A DNA stretch of 60,930 bases, counting the filler, from Catajapyx aquilonaris (lineage: Eukaryota), in assembly GCA_000934665.2 (NCBI GenBank). It is 3 parts of 3 records of this genome, joined end to end, with 100 filler letters (N's around TTAATTAATTAA, not from the genome) between each part and the next. Parts side by side here need not be neighbours in the genome. Positions count along the whole stretch, not along the records: positions 40,679 to 60,930 come from JYFJ02006307.1; 2 more parts are not named here. One strand, written 5' to 3'. Numbering within the stretch: position 1 is the stretch's first letter; each line of letters begins with the position of its first letter. The translations under genes were made by a program, and so were the position numbers. The notes below the pieces were generated by a model. It made no database searches. It was not told the DNA's origin and saw only the letters and a list, made by a program, of their open reading frames with translations. Shown here piece after piece: positions 53,753 to 60,930 of this stretch.

Positions 53753-56040
53753 ATGAATGAATGAATAAGTCACTAGAAAAATATTTTATCGGGTGTAGGC
53801 CTCATACACCAGATGGAGCTTCGTCACCTGAATTAATTTAATTTATACATGAAATACTTCTTCGACGGCATGATAATTAGAGCCAAGAGTCAGTAAAACA
53901 TCACTATTCTACGTTCATGTACAGTTATGTTTACATCGCTGGAGCGTTGTTAAAACTACTGTAATGCATTTTTTACTGTCATTCAAATGTAAAGTAATTG
54001 CAATATGTCACAAGCACTTTAACCTGACAAAATAGCAATAGGTTATGTGATAATTCCGTAATAATTACATGTTTATTCTATGAAGTATACTGATACACCA
54101 CATTATTTGTGGAATTTCATGTCCTATATGTTCGATTCGATTCACACATTCGTCGAACTCGAGTTAGGGGTTGTGCAGCCCTTGAAGTGCGTACTTTCTG
54201 ATGAGCAAGTCACTTTGCCTATTGAACAATTACTATCCCTTCGGAAAATATACAAAAATGGGAGTCAACAAGCTTAAAACGTTCAGGTCTTCATAACTAC
54301 ACATTTTGATTGTTTTTATGTATCTAGGCTAAATAATATCTGACAGGCATATGAAATAAATACAAATACAGTACTATGAATTTCTCGCGCAGGTAAATCA
54401 TGCTGGATAAAACTTTAGCATGAATCCGAGTCACTTTTATTGGCGACATGGACCGTTTCGCTCTGCGGAGTCTGATTACCTGTGGAGGATCTATGTCTGT
54501 TACGTAGCCTCTATTGGGGGGATAGCAGTCTATTTGTAAGTAAACTGAATTATAATAGTGTTATTGTGTTAAGCTGAATCCCAGATTTCCGGGAATATTA
54601 CGTCATATTATATTATTGATTATTGTAGCCAGTTATTCACTACACTTAAACTAATATAATTATATAATGTGAAACTTGTACTGCCATATTAGTAGGCTAG
54701 TAGTACACAGTCATAAATAATTTTTGCTGTTATTTTCGTACGCTTGTTCAAGTTATTCAATCCGAATGACTTCAGCATTTGAGACATCATCACAGAAAAT
54801 ATTATAGTTGTTTAGAAAACAATATATTGCAGTGAGGCATTATACATCATATTATATTAGGCATAACAGCCAAATGGGGTAAAGAATTATTTTTTTTTAA
54901 ATACATCATATTATATTTCACAGCATTCATGTTCATAATATTATAGTACTTCACGATTATTTTTAATTATTAACACACCTGTTCTGTAAAATTTTCAACG
55001 CAATTTCCAAAACTGAAAAGAAGTTAGCACCTTATCGTCCTTAGAAAGAAATTCGCACCTGGATTCCGTAATACGTCCCAAAATAACAATGTGGGATAAA
55101 GGGTCGCATGAGCGTCACCACAATCTTGCCTTCCAGCCAAATAGGTCGAGTCAGAAAGTCAGGGTCACATGACCGTAGTAATTACTTCTACGACACCAGA
55201 CACACAATACCCACCACTTTTTGATTTATATGGTAAGTCGTGAATCATGGCATCCTAGAATAGACCAGTCGAGAGAGTAACACACAGCCATCTGGTGAGA
55301 AATAAATTCATCTCAAACATAATCCAACAAAAACAATTTAGGCCCTAATGCAACCTCATTACCTAACGGTTCCGAAAACAAATATTATTTAACTTCATTT
55401 CAATAATTTACCTCTGTCAAAATGTGATCTTGGTGTTCTATCCACGTTGGAGATGCAGATGCTTCCAGGTCGGTAGTCTCTCAGCCACTAACACATATGT
55501 GGCCACACACGCCTCAAGTAGGGTCTATATTTAGGGTGCGGGGGAGAAGAGGGAAAAAGGGTGGTCCCAGAGCAAGTGTCCCACCCAACCTGCCACCCTC
55601 CCAGTAATGAATTTATTTTAAGTTACGCACCCTATACGGGAGAAGGGTTGGCCTCTAATGATAATCATCGTGTTCTGCTAACATCATCATTTTATTATAC
55701 CTCACAACATATACATGGCGCCATATATTTCCAAGCGTGACAATAACGTTATAGTGAGTATTAGTGAAACTATCTACAACATACATATTTGACGGATACG
55801 TGCAAACTACAGCGAGTCACGAAAGGTGTACACAAGTAAAGCAGGTAACATGTAAACAAAAGGAAGGTTGAGCATATGATGAGCTACAGTGCTAATAACA
55901 TAAAATATCAAGCTATGTCATGGAATAATAATATCATCACTTGCACCACGACCACAAAATATAGGAACTACTCTCTCCGTCGTGACATCATTTTAATACT
56001 TTCCAGGATTTGATTGCCTTTTATTTATTTTTTAAACTGC

Positions 56041-56042
<2 letters not shown>

Positions 56043-56072
<30 letters not shown>

Positions 56073-56088
56073 CTTCTTCTTCTTCTTC
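56043..56088 (+). repeat. (CTT)n microsatellite in the TH 3' UTR
   Basis: About 15 CTT units, ~50 nt downstream of the TH stop codon; an AATAAA signal on the minus strand lies near 56020. Confidence 0.9.
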
Positions 56089-56134
56089 CCTCTCCCTCTC
56101 TTTTTCCATCACGCCTGCCCTCCCCCAATTGTAT

Positions 56135-59061
56135 TCAGCGGAACTTGAGCTTGTTGATGGCGTTGGTAAGGTGAGTGGTCTCCAGACGTATCTGGTTCAT
56201 GGCGTTGTCCAGCTTCTCAACCGAGTCCAAGACTTCGACAGATTGGGTGTATGGGTTGTAGCGGGCCTCGTACGAGCGAGACATGTGTTCCGCCACCCAG
56301 CGCCTGATGGATTGAAAAATTCATATTAGGTATTGTCTCGGGTCCATTTCTATACACCATAAATGAAGATGGACATTTTTTTTATTCATGTATTATAAAT
56401 TAGGTCCTCACCTAAACTTGAGCTTGGCATCCTCGAGGGACTCTGCCACATAGTAGACATCTTGGTATTCCTGGTCCTGGTATGGCTGCACTGCAGTCTG
56501 AGCAGGGTCGAAGGGACGGTGCTCGGGCTTATCGGACAGGGCATGGAGCATCTCTCCGTAGCTGGACAGCAAACCTGCTCCGTACGCCATAGTCTGTCCG
56601 TCTTCCTTGCACAAGCCGAATTCCACGGTGAACCAATACAGCTACATAAGAAACAACAAATTAGTCTCAATCCGCCTTCACACCAAAACATAACTACCAT
56701 TTTAAAAATGCCATCACAGCATACTTACAGTCGCGAACTTTTCGATTTCCTCGTCAGATGCTCCGAGCGAAGCGAGTCCGATTTCCTGCGAGAACTCGGC
56801 GAAAGAAGGATCGGCGAGAAGTGGGATGTGTCCCAAAAGTTCGTGGATGCAATCACTGGAAGAAGAAGAAAAAAAATCAATCGTTATTACAGAGTGTGAC
56901 GACTGGCGGTGAAATGGAAGTAGAGTAGACTCAGAGACTACTCGGGAGAGATTTAATGCCTCTGAAGCTCTCCCGAGGTGTTAATGACATCACCCGGCCA
57001 ATAAGCGAGGGAAATGACGAGATGATTGCGTTACCGGGAGCGGAACGGAGAGGCCTTGTCAAATACGGGAGAGGGTGGTCATGCAGTCTCCACATAACGT
57101 CAGAGTCTCGAAATAACATGAAACCAGTTTTTTAAGTTACAACTTACGGCTCAGGGGAGTGCTCCGGCTCTGAAGGATGTCGCACATACTGGCAGCATTG
57201 GAAGACCCGGAAGGCCAGACTGGCCAGAAAGTCTCGGGCGGTCAGCAGTCCGGCAGCAGGCCTGACAGTGAATCCAGTCTTCCTTCTGAGACAGTTGGAC
57301 ACATCCTCTAGTTGCGGGATATGGTCATGGTTGTAGCCACACTCGCGCTTCAGCATATCGAAGTTTTCACGGTGCTGCCGACATGTCTTGGTCGCATACA
57401 GAGATTCCAGCTTGTTAAACACGAATCCCCAGTTCTCCACCTCCTCTTTGGTGTAGTCCACTCGTGGAATGGGCTGACCACTACGATTTGAATAAATGAC
57501 AATTACACACTGGTCCGTTTAAAACTAAAGCAGATAGTACGATGCATGGTACTTACTACTTGTAGTTAAAAGCAATATCGGCAATGATCTTCCTGCGTGC
57601 ACGGTACTCTTTGTCAGCGAATCCAGGATGTTCCATGTCCAATTCCGGCTCGAATTTAGTCATCAGATGGTTGCACAAGTCCAATTCGGAAATATGGCGC
57701 GGATACCATGAATCTGCGGATCAAACAGAAAAAGTTAGTTTATATGCCAAAAATTCGTCAAAATTTTGAATGGCATAAAATCGGGAAAAAAATCTAATGA
57801 CCTTTGAGGCTGATGACATTTTCAGACAGGATGCTGACCCGGCTGAGAAAAGCGCTCTGCCTCAGCGACTTCATCAGGTTGAGCAAACCCTCCCGAGTTA
57901 TGTCGATCTTCACCAAAATATCAAACTGGGCCGTCTTCTGCCTCGACGGCCGTGATTCCATATGAGTCGTCACGCCCTTGAAGTTCTGAATAAAGATAGA
58001 GGGGGGAAAAAAACCGTCTAAATTAAAGCTCCAACTCAGTCGATACCGATTTTGGTACCGGAATTCCAGCCGCATAGACATTGAAAGGACCATGTGATCC
58101 GTATCAAAATCCCTCCCAATTAGAAGTTTCCGGAGATGTTCCGGATCTGAGAGAAATCTCACCTCTATGGTCTTCAGGACTCGTGCGAATGCTGACAGAC
58201 CCTCTCTGACCCCGATGACCAAAGCGACCTTCTCGGGATCGGTCGAAGCAGGAGTGCTGTTTGTGGTCTGAGACAGGATGATATCTTCCTCCAGAAACTC
58301 TTCATCTGCAAGTGAAGAGGATGAAGATGAGAATTGTAATTTATCATTGGAGATTCTGAATCATGGTAAATGTTTCGGGGAAGACGCTTTGAAAACACGT
58401 CAAGTTGGAAAGACCCATCTAACCGGTCCTTAATTTGTTTCCACGAAAGATCGGTTTCCAGACTTGAGGGTAAATCCCCCCCAAAAAAACTAGTTCGAGC
58501 TGAGCATAAGTAGTTCAGCAAACAAACGAGATAAGTGTGGTCAATTTTTCGCAATAAAAATTTTCGACCGAAGGTGAAAGAGTTTGCAGAAATGATTTGT
58601 TTATGGCAACAAATTAGAGCAAGTACAAGCGCGCTGAAGCACAAACCTTCGGGTCAGATAATAAACCGATAAATTCGACAAAGGCTTGAACATTTTATTG
58701 ACGTAATTGGCGCGAAATAATTGCACAAACTTGTGTGGAACCATAATGGACATTCACAGCTATTATCCGAAATTAGTCATTGGTTCTAAGGCTGGTCAAA
58801 ATTCAACAAGTGTACAAATTCTACATGGTGTACATTTGTGAGACTTTGAAGATTTGGCCCTCCATTGGCACACCAGCATAATGTTGCAATGTTCCAAAAC
58901 CCACAAAAAAAAATCAAAAAAAAAAATGAAGAAGTTGCAAAGTCCTTACCCTTCGACATCTGCCTGGCCTCCTCGATCAAGGACCGCTTGGTCTCCTTGT
59001 TAACGATGGTCTCGAACTTGGCATCATCCACCAACGAGCGCCTTCTTGCAGGGTAGCCATT
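56135..59061 (-). CDS. TH: Tyrosine hydroxylase (tyrosine 3-monooxygenase, pale); 8 exons seen, first exon probably outside the window
   Basis: Phase-consistent exons 59061-58950, 58305-58163, 57985-57802, 57713-57557, 57480-57148, 56855-56729, 56641-56412 and 56303-56135. TH-type N-terminus [16 protein letters not shown], an ACT domain, [14 protein letters not shown], iron ligands in DCIHELLGH and YWFTVEFGL, and C-terminal tetramerisation helix. Confidence 0.96.
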
Positions 59062-60930
59062 CTGAGGAGAAACACACCGGTCATCTATGTGGCCATTGCT
59101 CGACAACACCTGCACTTCCTCCATAATAATATCAAAAAAGAGTTTCTATCTCCAAAAGTTATGTCCGGCTGAAAATTGAAGCCGTTTGGGTCGCCTTCTG
59201 GATACTGACTCCCCTTCTTTCCCTTTTATACACACCCTATATAAGCACACTTGCCTTGTTGTTTGTGAGTGCAAAAGGAATTCCCTCTGTGTCTTGAGGC
59301 GGAAACTAGAGAGAGACCTACATTTGGCCATCTAGCACCTGAGAATGACCTTGGGGAAGGGGGAGGGGATGGCAGAAAAATTCGGATGATCGCCATTTTT
59401 TTTGCGACACCACTGATTGCACACATGGTGCTCCAGAGATTTTTGGCGAATTCTAGGGAGGGATTTTCTAAGTATACTTTTTTTTTTTTAAGAGAGAGAT
59501 TTCTGGCTGACTCAAGGGTACCCGGGTTCGTTTTTATAGTAGGTCATAAACTAGTAGTTAAATGAAAGGGAGCAGCTAATAGTGTATTCTGGCTGTAGTT
59601 TTTGATCTGCAATGACGCAAATTGGCCTTGTGGGACACCGGAACTCTGTTTCATGGCAGCCTTGCCGATCAAGGGCCTTAATAAAACGGTTTTTCACCTT
59701 TTGATTTGGCATAAAAATGTGAGTCACATTTGCGGAAATCGATCTATTTTCCGTTACGACAACTTTGTGGTCAAACTGTAACAGCCCGTTCTCTGCTGAA
59801 AGGCCGATTTATTTTTATTGCCATCAGATCTGTTTGTTGACGCAAGTACCCCCCCAACAAATCATTGACAATATTTTTTCGTGACTTCAAGGAGGACCAA
59901 GTAATATTTAATTATTCAATTGCGTCCTTACCGTCACTTTTGTAACACGGTTTTGATTTCAATTTACAGGCGTGTAAGTTAATGTCAGTTCCGCTTGGTA
60001 AGACGTGACCCGAAAAAAAATGAAAACAAATAAAAAGGTACCGAATGATACTCCTTTTCAAAAAAAAAAAAAAAAAAGTCAATAACCGCGACTGTAGTCT
60101 CTCATCCAAGCACTTTTCGTGTGTTTTGAGTCCCCGGAAGCCAAGTGGAAAGTGAAAAACACAAGGACGATCCATGATTCTGTTTCTCAACCAATTAAAC
60201 CCTGTTTTTCGCAACCAAAGCNAAAAAAAAAAAACATGAAGCTGGAAAAATTCCGATCGCAACCTTCAGAAGATTGTAATCGAGCATAACGCTATAATCA
60301 AGGATCACCAAGGCTAACTACTCTGGATGCACTTATCTCCGATTACAGATTCACCTCCGCAAAAACCAGTCGAGAAATTATAAGTACTGGTTTCCTACCC
60401 TGACCTTATAGACCCAGAAGGAATGGCGAATTTTCCTCCCAACACCCTAACACCAAAGAAGTCATTAATTATCTCTTCTCTCTGATGAGACCCACTGAGT
60501 GTGAACAGCACTTAAGCCGCTCCTTTATGCTAGAGTCACATTAATTACCTGCGCTAATCAAATTACCTTTGATGTTAGGTGTGGGACTCCAGCTAATGGA
60601 TCCGAAAAAAGTCTGTCTCAATTATATTATTCACACAAACGACATTTCAGGCTGGTTTCAAAAAAAAAAATCGGAATTGGAAATTTTAGGGTAAATTAAA
60701 TTTTGAAAAATTTTCTCAACCTGGTCATTTTCATTTTGCTAGTTATAGTTCGTACCCTCTGCACATCTGTCTTGCCCCAAAAACCATGCAGTCACTTTGT
60801 GTCGAAACAGCTCCCTTAAATAGCCTATTTTTTCTGCCAAATAATTTTAGCCCTGTGCGTATATCCTTTCTCCGGAGCCGTTGTAAAATCGACCTTTTTT
60901 CCCCCCCTCCCCCTCCCCCTCCCCCTCCCC

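Overview
Eukaryotic, intron-rich invertebrate DNA, arthropod-like by protein similarity. The window is not contiguous: three ~20.2-kb pieces (1-20282, 20383-40578, 40679-60930) are joined by artificial 100-bp N44-TTAATTAATTAA-N44 linkers. Piece 1 holds the first five coding exons of PPP2R3C (minus strand, runs off the left edge) and a 223-aa ORF I cannot assign to a family. PPP2R3C intron 2 contains a decayed mariner, a fold-back element and a frameshifted ubiquitin-specific-protease relic split by a MITE. Piece 2 holds the first coding exon of the nuclear receptor seven-up/COUP-TF (NR2F) in a GC/CpG-rich island, plus about 17 kb of upstream DNA. That upstream DNA carries several AGGTCA repeats (IR0, DR0, DR1, DR2, DR6), a higher-order tandem array of 13 CRE (TGACGTCA) motifs, a Gypsy integrase scrap and many nested MITEs and Helitrons. 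Piece 3 holds a short PAR-family bZIP gene (+), a complete RERG-like small GTPase gene (-) and tyrosine hydroxylase (-, probably lacking its first exon). I found no rRNA, genuine tRNA, CRISPR array or prokaryotic system. All calls come from manual reading; no database search was run.
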